64,000 bases of DNA, from assembly GCA_964247055.1 (NCBI GenBank), contig OZ176053.1:6758001-6822000 (forward strand). The letters run 5' to 3'. A model generated the notes under the pieces. It was not told the DNA's origin. It saw nothing but the letters and a program-made list of their open reading frames with translations, and made no database searches. Position 1 is the stretch's first letter; each line of letters starts with the position of its first letter. Origin of the DNA: Paragordius varius (Eukaryota > Animalia > Nematomorpha). Both the position numbers and the translations under genes were made by a program. Positions 1-14,197 of the stretch are shown here, one piece after another.

Positions 1-3000
1 ATCTGTAAGAAAGTCAACTTCAATATTTGATCTTTAATGGGTCTTTATTGCAAAAGCGTTTGATATTTTTTTTAACCTAGTATTTGTAATTATACCTTAA
101 TCTATCGAAAAAATTGATTTAATTTTTTTTGTGATGTAATTTGTTAAATCGCAGAAAATATTAGTTTAAAAATATATCTATAGTACTCAAATGTTGCTAG
201 AATGAGAGATAGAATGAGTGAGTGTTAAAATGATAAACATTAAATTTTTGCGGGAGAATTATATTATATAATTTTATACGTTAAGATATATAATATATTT
301 TACTTAAAGCTAGCTAGCAATTATCCAATTTATTTAAATTGAAATTCAGCTAATGCATTTTCACATACACATACATACACACATATTTCATCTCCATTTC
401 ATTTAATTTGTTAAAATGTTTTTTTTTGTAGTAATTTTGATACAAAAAAGCTTTTAACCAAAACATCTTTGTTCATAAGACTTCTTAAAGAGTTTTGCAG
501 ATGTCAGAGAATATGCTTGCAAATTATTTAATGTTAAATTTTTAAATATCCTGAAAAATAGATATAAATGATGTGTAGAAAATTTTAAAAATGTGCGAAA
601 ATATATCGTAATACTTCTACCGCTTTTAGTAAATAGTAAATAGATATATTGGTTAAAAGTGATCCTAAATTGGTGAATAGATGAAAAATGGAATATAGTA
701 AATTTTTTGATGTGTATGATTAAAAATAACTAACATTTTTTCTTGATTCACCAATAAAATGACTCTTATAAACCATATTCTGTCTGTTGACTTGAGATAA
801 AGAAAACGAATATTTTTTATACATTAAGTTTCCATATAAATTATGACATATAAATATATATATTTATTTAATAACATGCAAAAAATTTGGAGTTTATTCC
901 TTGTTATTGCTTCATCAAAAAAATACCAGATAATATTTTTAATACTAACTGAGTTAGTTACAATATGTATAAAAACGAAAAATAAAAAATACGGTATAAT
1001 GGTATTTGATTGAATATTGAACATATGCGTTGATTAAGTGAACACTAAAGTGAATTCATCATTTTTACAATATTATAAATTTTAAACAAAATATTTAACA
1101 CAAAATCCAATAATATATAGATAATTGATTTCCTCCCTTCTTATATTGCTTGAGAATTGACATTGACTTGACAAATCAGTTAAAATATTTTTACAGCATA
1201 AGTTAAATGAAGATTATTGATAGATATGATAATGTATAATTGAAAGTTTAAGGTTTAATATTTGGAAAAAGTATTAAATATATTTCAATAAAGTATCTGG
1301 AGTATCCAAATCTATCTGTTAAATACTTTGACTGAGTCAAAATAAATAAGTTAGAATTTTTATTTCGTAATGGAAAACAAGTAGCCTTACACGAACAAGA
1401 TTAGTAATTTCTATTATTCAGTTATTTTTATTTTTTTGATATTTTTAATCAACATTTTAACCCAATGTTTGAAAAATATATTAAAAGTTAATAGGAAAAA
1501 AATATTTCTTTTAAATAGTTACGGCCTCAATCTTTCTTTTCTAAATATTCTGTCTTACTGTTAAACCGAATTTGAAGTAATACAATAAAAACATGGTGTG
1601 ATTTTAAAAGTCTATCTTAAAATTCAGAAAATCTTATTAAATTTTGGTAGTTAGATTGGATTTTGAGTAATCCCTATACAATACACCACTCATCAACAAA
1701 TCATCAATTAAAAATATTTCATTTCACTTATCAGTTGTGCTGGATCTCCAAAATATTACTCAATATTCTTTCTGCCTTGTATTTTTGCTTTTATTTTTCA
1801 CAAATCAATACTTAAAAACATATATAATTGATGCTTAAATCAAAATTCATTAAAAAGATAACCTATTATCATATGGAGTTGATTATTACGACTTATGGGG
1901 CAAATTTTAACTCTAAAATTAATCTATGAGGCATATACTCCTTGACAAATGCAAACTTTTTTTGTAAAATTTTTAATTTATTATCTGAATTACTTTTTGT
2001 TCTTGTTCCGTACAAAGTGTAGCATTTAACTCTGTCTAATGGTGTCCAAATTTTATGGCTTTTCACTTTTTCACCAAATCTGTGTTGTCAATTTAAAACA
2101 ATTAAAAGTGTTTTTGACACGGAAAGAAATAACGTCCAAAAACACTCTTTTTTTCTAAAAAATAAATGTTTGATATATCAAAGCAAAAATATCACACCAC
2201 ACTATATAGAGTATATATATATATATATATTCATCCGTATATTTTATAAAGTATATATATTAGTTTGTATTATTGTATATATAATTGGTTGTAAGTTTTA
2301 GCTGTCGAAAAGATCGAAAAACAAAGATAAGTGTCATTTTTATGTCTTTTTTGGTGTGTACACAATATATGTTTAATAAACATTGTTTTGGTAAACTTTG
2401 GGATATACATAGATATTTACAGTAGCGTATGGTAAAAAACAGCAAATGATCCAAATTAATTTTATCACCCATCCTTTAACATTAAATTTGTTTATTTAAT
2501 TTTGGACAAATGCTACTGTAGTTTATACTTTTAATGCGCAACGAAAAATTGTTAGCCAAAACTTGATAAAATGTATTACGAAAAAACTTTTATACATAAT
2601 ATACATATATAACTTACTTATTCATAGATATATAAGTGAGATTGGATATCGTAATAATTTTTTACATTTTTTTATGGTTCATTCTAAATATTGAATAATA
2701 TTAATATTATTAATTTTTTTTGTAATAATATTTTATTTAAGCCTAATAAGTCATTGATTTATCACCATTACCGTATCTTTCATTTATGTAAGCAATAGCT
2801 TTTCAATTGCCATGTATAATAAGAAACTTTTTGAGTAACTACATCAAAACTAAAATATTTACCAATTCATTTATTTAAAGTAGTCAACCTATAACCAAAA
2901 ATATCTTCTGATATGTCACCATTTATTAATATTGTTATATTTGGCACAAAAAACTCTGATAACAATAATGTCAATATGAGGCTGGTGTTAGATGTGCTTT

Positions 3001-3211
3001 TTTTGTTCGTATTCTCAGGAGGGTATTTAAGTCAAACCATAATATATAAGCATGCATTTGTATAGCACGGGAAAAATTTACAAAATTTTTGGATGTTTAT
3101 TTAGTAGAGTCTTTTGTACTTAAACTAATATGTTTATGCCTTTAATTCAATAAAATAGCTGAAAAAGGCGGCGATGAAATTTAAAAAACTTTGAACACTG
3201 TGTGTTAAAAT

Positions 3212-3611
3212 CAGGGGCGTATCGAGGGGGGGGGGCAAGGGGGTGCATCATGCCCCGGGCACCGTTATTTAGGGGCGCCTAAATGATTTTTTAATATTTA
3301 AATTTTAATTATGCAAAAATAATAAAACTTTCAAATGAGATTTTTCAGCAATTTAGGTAATAATCCCTATAATATATATTCTATTATTCACCTAATTAGT
3401 ACCATTGAATAAATTTAATATCATATAAATATATATATTTAATAGATTTAAAATTTATATGAGTGTGCTGTCTTATCTATGGTGTTTAGGTTACAACGTT
3501 TGTATTTTTTTACTAAAATGTTTTATTGGCCTTTAAAAAAAGGGGGGGGGGGGGGGGAGGCGCCATAAAAGTTTTATGCCCCGGGCGCCGCAAATGCTCG
3601 GTACGCCACTG
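3212..3611 (+). mobile_element. Non-autonomous hAT MITE (~400 bp)
   Basis: Ends are CAGGGGCGTATCGAG...CTCGGTACGCCACTG. A perfect 8-bp TSD GTTAAAAT flanks it (3204-3211 and 3612-3619). It shares both ends with the longer copy at 62691-63919. Confidence 0.9.
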
Positions 3612-5469
3612 GTTAAAATAGTGAAGATATTTTTACAGTAAACAATGTTTTTTGGGAAAACAGTGGGCTGGGTCATTATTTAAAATGCAATTATTCGTAT
3701 AAATCAAATTATACGACATAAGTGAAATTTGGCAATCATTATATCACCAAAAAGTGGATTATTTACCATTTGCATATCAAAGATACCCACCTCACTTGCA
3801 ATTTTTATAACATGCCATGCCTCTCTTAAATATTTCAAATTAAGTCGAAATTTTTTTTTTGAATTTTTGGGTTATTTTAGCTCAAAATCGAGATTTTGAA
3901 AAAAATTCCATGTCAAACTACTTCGACGCCATTTTTATTTTACAAAATTTTTCAAAATATCGTGTTTATTTAATTTTAAGGATAAAATTAAAGCTATTAT
4001 GTTATTTAAATTACATCTATCATTGATAGAAATAGAAAACGGTTTATTTTGTATTATTTTTTAATTTTACCATTTCATACATGTCACGATGACGAAATTT
4101 TTATCTTTTGGTTTTAGCTTAAAATAATTAATATTAAATATTTTTGAATAAAATTTTTTATATATTTCGGTTTATTAATGTTATATAAGTGCAAGATTTT
4201 GCCATAGTTTCGATTCCTTCCATATATTTTAAAGAATTTAATTTTAAACATGCCTGGGGTATCCAACTACCCCAATTTGAATCGAAGGACTAAATGAATG
4301 TGTTGTATCCAAGTGTTAATATAAAATACATCTTTATGGCATAGTTTATTATTTTTTCAGTATTATTTTACTTTTGAACAAAATTTTATTTTTTAAAAAT
4401 ATATTAAAATATTAATTTTTAATTTAAAAATATATAATTTATTTAAGGGTGAATTTGAACTGTAAATGGTATATCTATTTAAGAGAGAAGTGAGATAGAG
4501 AGAGTAGTACAATAAATTTTATCGAATATTTTTATGCTTTTATTGACAGTCGTGTTGAATACGGTTCAAAATTGAAAGAGCCTAGTTTTGAAATAGAAAC
4601 TGAAACAAACTGCATCGCGGAAAAATATGTTTATTCAAATTTTGGGGATCACTTTCTGATTTGTGTGTGTGGTGGTTTTAATGCCAGACCTGCTTTTTAT
4701 GTTTGATATCTCATATATATAAGCAAAAACTCTATTCTAAATTATTTTTTTCAGTCAATTTTCTGCCAAACATACATACGTTCAACATTATTATTATACG
4801 ATAAAATGTTAAATGTTAAAATATTTTATGTAAAATTTGGGGAAAACTATTTGCGAAATCTAAAGTAATAAGTTTTTTGCTAATATCGATTTTAGCAAAA
4901 CTTTTTATAGGGCCCGGGGCATGAAGCAACCCTTTTCCTCTCTGTACCTTATAATTCATAATTTTAAAAAAATACCTCTTGCCACTCATTTGGACAAATA
5001 ATAAAATTTTTTTTAAAAAACAGCAAAAAAATATATTTTTGCATTTCACTTCTCAAATCTTTTCACGACATCTCACATTATCTTGAATGACAATCAAAAT
5101 CTTTTTAGTATATTTTTATACAATATAAACTCTTTTGAAATTTATTAGCTATTGTATGGTATGGTACAATAAGAAACTTGTGTCAAATAAAGTTGCCTTT
5201 CTCATAAATATTCATATGCTATTATAATCTACTAAAATTTTCCATATAATTTAGACATTTGCTTTTATTAGACACTCTTAGTGTCATTTGTAATAATACG
5301 TTTAAAACTTAAAAAAATCTAACAACATAAAACTCTGCTCTCTGTCTAATTTAATATTTTGTATTACATTATATGGAGATAATTATTTGTAAAGTTAATA
5401 ACAAAAAAAATTTGTAGGAAATTATACGTATATTATATACCAATTCTATATTTACATAATATTGTATAG

Positions 5470-8400
5470 ATATTCTTTCGACAAATGATTATGAGGATGA
5501 TGAAGTCAATATCATTACGAATTCAGACGTGAAAAGCGAAAACCAAAATTTATTCATACCACCACTTAAACATTGTAACAATACTAAAAATCAAAACATT
5601 CCTCAGCATAATAATTATGATAATATCCCAGTTGACGGGAAGCAGAAAGTTAATCAAAACACAGAATATAGGATGGGACTAAATCCTACGAAACTTTTAT
5701 TATTACACAACAATAATGACAATATAGTACATGATAATGTTAGGGATAATGAGACAATACAGGAAACTGCTTCGGTCAAAAAAATAATTCAGGGTAATGC
5801 CAATCATAGTTCTTCTTTTGGCGAAAGACTTATATCTACCACAAAATATGAAGGGAATAAAAAAAGGCCGCCGTCGCCGCCATGGGTAATTTGTAATAGA
5901 GAGTTCGCAAGCAAGCATAAAAACCTTGAATTATGGGGAGCATGTGAGAAAGTAGAAGATGTGATTGATAGTTACCAATTTCATAGTGTTAGTGATGAAC
6001 TAAATAGACCCAAATTTACGGCGGGAAAATTTTCTCCGCACAAAAGTTCATTAGAAGAAACCAGTGATGAAAGTCAGTGCCCTACAGAACAAATTTCTAA
6101 ACTACAAGATGATAATACTCCTAGTCCATCGTCACTGTCTCAAAGAAAAGTTATCAGCATTTTGTCACAATCTACCCCAGAAACTTTATCAAGTGCTCAC
6201 AGTCCTAGACCCGTGTTTGAAAATAGGGGTGATGGACAGGGCCTATCACCATCTAGTAATACAACCCTAATAACTCATCAAAAAACAGTCAAAAAAGACA
6301 TGGCGAACAATAAAAAGTTTTGTAAACGTATCAATAAAAAATCGCTTGAAACAACAGAATCTTGTATTGAAACTGAACCGCTAACATCAAAAACAATAGT
6401 TGGTCAGGCAACTACTGCACTTCCCGCACACCCTATGTTCAAACATGTCCGTTGTAAATTAGAGTCAGATGAACTTTGGAAAAAGTTCCATATGCTTGGG
6501 ACAGAAATGATTATAACAAAAACTGGAAGGTACTTTTCAATGAGAAAAGTAGTATTAAAAACTATTTATCGAAGTTTAAGGATATTATAATTATAACCTA
6601 AAATAACATAAGTAGCTAATGAGGCAAAAATTGAAGTATAATATCGATGGAATTCGATTTCGCAATTCATATAATTTTTATTAAAAATTAATAGATTTGA
6701 TCTGACACTTTTGACAACTTAACTATATTATTTTATGATAATTGAATGTTCATGAACATTTTTAATCCTATATAAAAAACAAGATAATTCAAATTGAATC
6801 GCTCACTAGTTACATTAAATATTTTATGCCGAGTTGAACAATATTCCAAAATTTTTGAGTGTCTTTTGTCCCATTAATCAGTTTATGGATCAAAGTACAG
6901 AGCTTTATTTTTAGTTTAGTTTGTCAATTTGTAAAATTTTCAGTGACTTTAATTCCTATTGTAAAAATGTAAGTATAAAACCATAATGAGACTGTTAAAA
7001 GAGATTTTTTTACATTTTTCGGTATTTTTATGGCTTTTTTCCCTTTGTGTTGTTGATTTTATTTTATTAATATGCGAAATTATATATGAGTTTTAATTTT
7101 TTAGTTATCATTTTATACATTACCTATTGTGGTAAGGAGATGATATATATATTATAAGTATATATATTGTTAACAATTTTGAACGAAAAAACGCTTTTTT
7201 AGATTTTAAAAATAATGTTAAACTTGTCTTTGTAGTATTAGTTATTTTAAACCAACAAACACTGTAATTTTGGATATACTTAGTTAGATCTTAAATACTT
7301 AATTGGTTCCTCATTCTTTATCAAATTCATATGAATAAGAAACTTGTGCTCTTTGATTAGCGTTAAAATAGCTATCTATTTTACTAATTATATTTTAAGA
7401 TGTATGAAATTATTTTTCCCGTAAACTTGAAGATTATTGATAATATACTTTTAGTAATTTTATGTTATGTAAGTAAAGAACTATATTTTGCAAGTAATAT
7501 TTTTTTTTAATGAAAAAAATATGTCAAACCCTTAATCCCCCCATTATTTTTGTTATTATATATATACATACACAGTTTGAGTCATTTTTTGTTTAAATTA
7601 AAGATTAATTTATATTGTATATGTTATTAATTTGGTTTGCTCCTTCTAAGAATTTTTTGACCAATTTATACTTCAGTTAACATAAAAGATGTTTTTAATT
7701 TGATAGATATTATATCGTATTACAATGGTGGTTTTACTTATGGGAAATTCTTTTATTTAATATTTCAAATTAGAGAGGAAACAAGGGAATTTTTAATATA
7801 ATAATTGGATTAATAAGTCATAATTCATTTGGCGAAAAGAATTAATTCTCTATTAACTTAACAAAAATACTTCTTTATCAGCTGGATGTATTAAATTAGA
7901 GGATTATTATTTGATAAATTTGTAGCTAAAAATCAAACTTTTATATTTGCAATATTTAAAAATATTTTTTCTTACAAAAAATATAAATGTTAATTTTAAA
8001 TTTCACAGACGAATGTTCCCAACCCTCCGAGTAAGTTTTCACGGTCATATAAACCATAACAGTATTGATCAAAACGTAAATTCTTTCGCTTCCTCTGAGC
8101 CCCAATCTCCAATGATACCAAACATTAAAGCAAAAAAGCAAAAAATCCAAGCAAAAAAATCCTCGAATTCAACATGGCTATCTAAGGATAACGAAAGCCA
8201 CACAACACAAATGGACTTAGAAAAGCACACTTTTGGTAATTTATTTTTGTATACTAAAGTAGATTTTATTTTGAAGTATATATGCCGTTATGGTATTTAA
8301 TTTTACATTATACAAAACAAAGCGAATAAAAATATGTAATGAAAAAAAAGCACAACACATCTTTTTTGGGATGATCTCTAATTTATTTAAGAGACACAGT

Positions 8401-9163
8401 TAATATAAGAGTGCTTTGGTAATTTAATTAAAAATTTTAAACGTTTAGTCGAGTCCTTGTTATACCGAGCGATTCGGTGTGCATATACCCTTGATAGCGC
8501 TACCCTTTCTCAAATATATTAATCAAAATTTTTTTAAATGGGTTCGATATCTTAAAACCATTTCACAATTATATCCACAATATACAGAGTTTCCTTTAAT
8601 GTCCAGCCCACAAGAGGGTAAATTCATACCCAGTTTTCCACCTCCAAACCAATCATATTTTGGTATATCATCCTCCTATTCATCTACTACACCGCATCCA
8701 ATCAAAACCAAAATGGATTTGAACGATGCAATATATCGTTTTAGTCCACAAATACCACCCAAGAACAACTGTTCCAATTCTAATAATCATACAACAAACA
8801 TAACAGTTAGCCCTATGATGAAATTATACGTTTTGCTTGACATTGTGCCCATGGATGGTAAACGGTATAGATATGCATACCATAAATCATGTTGGTTAGT
8901 TGCAGGAAAAGCAGATCCAACACCCCTAGATCGATTTTATACGCATCCAGATTCCCCTTTTGGCCCTGAACATTTGTTTGGATGTTCGATGAAATCGAAC
9001 CATCCCGGTCCCTCAGAATCCCATTGTACAATAAATGAAAATGTTAATGCTGATAATTCACAAAATAATGGCCAACATTTTTCTTCAGGTCATAGTATGG
9101 CGCCTCATATCATAAGTTTTGAGAAAGTGAAATTAACAAACAACGATGCAGATAAATTTGGAC

Positions 9164-9205
<42 letters not shown>

Positions 9206-11260
9206 TCTTAATGTGCTATTTATCGGTTATAAAATTAAAACTTAAAATAGTTTTTTTAGATTACAAGTGTTTTATACAGTAAAGAGAGCTATTATTATAA
9301 ACCATTTCGGTATTATAAATGAATGGTAAATTATGTACATGCCTGTTGCCACGTGTGTATTGGGCACATACTCTTTAATTAAACACTGTATTTTTCCAAA
9401 AAATTTTTTAAAATGTAATCCATACAAACAAAAGAAAATGTCATATATGGCAAGAGATATATAAATTAAATCCCCCTTTAGCAATTTAAAATACCAAAAA
9501 GGGTCATAAATTCTCGTTTACTTTAGTTTTATAAGTTTATAACTTAGTGCATTTAAAATAAACGTCAATCATACATTATTTATTTTGTCTATATATGTGT
9601 GTTAGATAATTTTAAACTCAATGCATAAATATCAACCAAGGATACATTTGGTAGCAACAGTAGAGGGTGAAACGCATTTAGATCTCCAAAAAACTCCCTT
9701 AAGCCAAAGACCCCATAAAACGTTTGTCTTCAAAGAAACGTCGTTCATGGCCGTCACAGCTTATCAAAATCAATTGGTATAATTAATGATAAATTTATTT
9801 TAAGTTTTGAAAACTTTTTTTATAAATACTTTTTAAAAGAATGCTTGCATCGCTTACAAACATATATTAAAATAGCCAAGGTGAAAAGTAATTAATAAAC
9901 GGGAGACATAAGATAGATGGATTAGTTCACAAAACTTAAAAATAAATCATGATGATTGTGAAAAAAATGAATTAATTAAAGCCATTTTTTCATTGGTATT
10001 TGTTTCGATGTCAAAACTTATTTAAAAATACGGTTTTATTTTGGTTCTTTATTTAAACGATTTTTATTTAGACATTGAAACTAAGGGATAGCCTAATTAT
10101 TTACATAAAATATGGATAAAGATCAAATTAAGCATCTTTATGATAAATAATGTAGAATCCCCACATCGAAAAAATAATTAAACAATATTTAAAAATAAGA
10201 TTTCGAAAAATATTCCACTTAATTTTTGGACCCATACCACGGTTCTCCGCATCAATCTAAATCAATGTCATTTATTTCCTACACCTGCATAAATTTTAAA
10301 TGTCCATTTTTCTTTGTTAGATTACCAAACTCAAAATTGACAGTAACCCATTTGCCAAAGGATTTAGAGACTCTTCGCGAATCACCGAATTCGATAAGTA
10401 CGTTTTTCTATTACATTATTATCTAACGCGTTATCGTATAAACTACTATCCGTTCAATATTACTATAACTACTGAATTTATAAGTCATTAATTTTAATAA
10501 AAAAATGGAAAGATATTTTATGCTTCTCATAGTCATTATTCGGATATAAAGAGTTGGGACATCTCAATAATGACTGTATCTTAGAGATTTAATTTTAACA
10601 TTTTTTACACTAATGTAATAATTTTTTAACCATGCTTATAATTTAAAATCCATAAATTTTAATATCAAATATAGCTTTGAAGCCCTTTTCCATCCCCGCA
10701 TGATGTTAGGTTCACCCGGAGCGTTAATCTCAGGTGGAGCATCCATGTATGGTGGGGTCAGTAACAACCCGCTACAATTGAGTTTACCCCATCTCTACTA
10801 TTACTATACACAACATCAACAAAATGCCCAATTTAATTTTCATGATTTAAATAATCTGTTTTCCTCTACACTAAATGCACCGAAAATGTCACTTGGCACA
10901 ACTTCTAATAGCGAGGAAACAAAAATCAATGACAATACTCCAAATGTGAATGTGAAAAAAATTGAATTAAGCCATTCCCCAACATCTCCAGACAACAAAA
11001 AAAGATTGGAGAATGAAATGGTAAACCCAACATTTCAACCCATAACGTCCTCTCCAATCATACAATATTATGCCGCCTTGTTTGCAGCCCATCAAAATCA
11101 AAATCAACAGCAGCAAGAACACTTTAAACATATATTTAATTCAGCGTCAACTCAAATGAACAATTTAAATTCCTGTACTATATCATCAGAAACAAATACT
11201 ATAACACAAAATGATGTGATAACTTGTAATATTGTTAATTCTCAAGCACACACAAATTAA
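5470..11260 (+). CDS. TBX20: T-box transcription factor, Tbx20/H15/midline subfamily (5' end not located)
   Basis: Phase-consistent GT-AG exons: 5470-6529, 8009-8235, 8588-9165, 9606-9776, 10321-10397, 10675-11260 (TAA). Motifs [132 protein letters not shown] and GFRDSSR are Tbx20 signatures. The start-codon exon was not found. Confidence 0.93.
9166..9201. repeat. (TA)n microsatellite starting at the donor of a Tbx20 intron
   Basis: GTATATATA... begins at the GT of intron 9166-9605. Other (TA)n tracts lie near 2212, 21522, 28244, 48896 and 63728. Confidence 0.95.
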
Positions 11261-12009
11261 ACTTAAAAATGTCTTATTAATTTTGAGTTCACTATCTTTT
11301 CATGGAAAAAGAAAGTTCATATTTAAAAAATCTTGGTTCCTTCTAATCTTATGTAATAAAATATCCAAAACAATTAAGCCCATTGATCTATTACAAAGAT
11401 CTGATATAGACAATTATTAATATCACTATATATTTAAATTATTATAAAATATAATTAATCATAACAAATTAATGTTTGATAAGACGCTTACATATTTTTT
11501 ACCACTAATAAATAATAATAAATATTTGTATAAATGAATATACAAAATATATATTTGGATAATTTTATCAAAAATTATTTTTCAAGAGTCCCCACATTCA
11601 AAGTTAATTAGGTGTTAATAATTTGTCGGCTTCTTATTTTTTCGCTTACTGGCTGGGGTAAATTATCAAAAAATTTCATGCTGATTTGTATTTTATCTAA
11701 ATTTTTGCTATATGAGATTTTTTGTAATGATAACAAAAAATGAGTTTTGGAGTACTGAAATATCTGATGATCCTTTTATTTATGGGTTTATGTCATTATA
11801 AGGGCTACTTATATCTCCTCACTCATTCAAAAATATAGCCTTTCATTTTTAAATAACTAAAGTTTATAAGGTTTTTATATAAATTATAAAATTTTGGTTC
11901 CCTACAATTTTTTACCAGGAGTTGATTTTTACAAAAAGCTGTTCATTAGTATTATCTTGTTATTCTTGAAAATTATATTTTAACCATTTTAGTCATTTGG
12001 GACCAATTT

Positions 12010-12480
12010 AGTACGGAATCGCCGAGGGCAGCACACTTTGTGAATAACATTATGAAAGGCCTAATTTCATTGTCCCTTATACGAATAGTATACGTCTATT
12101 CAGTCTGCAATCTTTATTGTGAAACTATACAACAGACAGGGGTTGTACGATATTTGGTGTTGTCGGCGTAAAAATGTTAAATATCATTTTCCCCTAAAAA
12201 AATATAATATAACTGTTGTCCTTCAATTAGTTAAACACCATCGATTGTTCAGTGAATTTTTAAACCATTAAATACAGGAAATTGTTCACAGAGTACCATC
12301 GCCTCATTGTGTTTATATATAAATATTTTAATACGCTCGCCCCGTAAGATTTGTGTTAGGAACCCTGGTCCAAACTTTATAAAAGATTTTACCTGTAAAT
12401 GTTTTGTTAGGATGCGAAGTTCACCCGATAACCACTCAAATTTTGTTGGAGTGAAAAAAATTAAGTATAATTCTTTTCAT
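12010..12480 (-). mobile_element. Highly decayed non-LTR (CR1/L2-like) reverse transcriptase fragment
   Basis: Minus-strand remnants read FYADNTKY (YADD-like), then RLQTE and ...FTKCAAL, resembling the FADDTK...LQ.DL...FN..KC.VL stretch. Many stops are present. Confidence 0.35.
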
Positions 12481-12675
12481 TTTTCTTTTGTTAAAACTTT
12501 CTGAAGAATACGAAACTATGCAATGTTATCCCGAAGAGGTTAACAGTCAGATAATTGATAAAAATTGTACATATACGAACACGATGTTCTATATTGTATT
12601 ATAATAATATAATGTTTTATACCTATTAATGATTTGATATTTTTTTGATTTGATATTTTTTGATAACAGATCCCA

Positions 12676-14197
12676 ATGTCGACACCACCAACTTATTTTA
12701 ACTTTAAGCTTCTGATTATTTTATCTCTCGCATGCATTATATTGTCAGTTAAAAGTCATCATGATAACAAAGTAACATTACCAATTCGAAAAAGACTTTG
12801 TGATAATGATAAAGGGTCTTTGACATGTTCACATGTAATGCGTATAAAAAGGCAAGTCCCCAACAATCACCAAAAACTCTTTCTTCGACAACCCTCGGCC
12901 CAAGGACCCAGGCAACCTTGGCAAAAAAGGCCAGGCCCTGCCAACAGAGTTCCAAATCAAAGGAGAGTAGTTGCATCCGTGACTCAAAAAGGTCCAATGC
13001 ATCCACGGAAAATGATGACTCAGCAGAGAATATTGAATGTTGCTCGGCAATCTAGGAGAACTAAAGGGATTCCCATCTACAGGAGTCGTAGAACACGTGG
13101 TCCAAACGTTGCGCGGACCAGACGAATGAAGCAAACTCTAGGGCCAAACATTATACGGTCACGTCGTACGCGTGGACAAAACATTATACGGACCCGACGA
13201 ATACGTAACCAGAACAATGTTGTAAGGACACGAAGAACACCGGCTGCCGGGATTAATAGATTTAACATTCGAACTCGCCGTCCTAAAGCAATGCGTGGAA
13301 ATCCACAACGTCACAATATGCAAATTCAAAGATCCGGAATAAGTCAACAGGAATTGCCTATACAGAGACACCAAGTTGCAGATGAGCACAGTCAAATGAA
13401 TCAAAACCAACAAATGGATGAAGATTTATCACCTCCTCAAAACTCCGATGAAAGTATGGAACAACCGGTAGAAGATAATGAGGTTGATACCAACGATCAA
13501 TTAACCTTCAATGATAATTCATTATCCATGCCTGCTAATAAGAAAATGGATGTAGATAATTGGAACAATCCACAAAGCAATAACGGAGTAAGAGACATGG
13601 ATATGCAACAAAATATTCAGAGTAACAGAAATACTGGTGGTATGTCGAATTCTCATTTCCAGAATCAACCTTCTTTCTACCAAAAATATAATGACCAATA
13701 TGAGAGGTATCTTAATTATCTAAAATCCAAAAGTAATTCGTCATCAGACGACTCACACTTTCATCACCACCCAAATCCGCAACATCCCAACAAAATTATA
13801 AATGTCATTTATAACACAAACGATAACAAAAATGAAAATGTTAATAAAAATGAAAATAAAAATTTAAATACAAACACTAACACAAATGGCCAAAATATGA
13901 ATAATCAGGCCCTAGGCTCACAACAAGGGCCGTACTTTGGGCTTAATAACATGGTACCACATCAGTTTTATATTCCTTATATTCCATCTGCATATTCCAA
14001 TAATTTACCTAGCAATGGGAATGTATCATCTGATCATAAACCGAATAATCAAATTAATATGTTGCAGCCAACGTCAGAGCCAATGGGTAAACCTTCAAGT
14101 ACAGGCAAAACTAAAAATCCTCCTACAAAAAAAGTATCAAATGATAATGACCTGATGAATGATAAAAAGATAGCAAAATCATATATTGAAGAACAGG
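12676..14197 (+). CDS. Exon 1 of a secreted protein of unknown family (signal peptide, furin-type sites, Arg-rich repeats, Q/N/D-rich region)
   Basis: Stop-free frame of about 507 codons in AT-rich DNA. It starts with ATG and a hydrophobic leader (FKLLIILSLACIILSVKS), followed by IRKR and RIKR sites. It ends at a strong donor G|GTAAGT (phase 1). Confidence 0.8.

Noticed and set aside
8031-8036. Perfect donor GTAAGT in Tbx20 exon 2
   Set aside because: It encodes the conserved V-S of RVSF, and neither nearby acceptor (8806 or 8810) restores the frame from this phase.
12749-13413. Overlapping and antisense ORFs listed over the secreted-protein exon (likewise over Tbx20 and the LTR element)
   Set aside because: They are shadows of a GC-richer coding frame and have no independent motifs.
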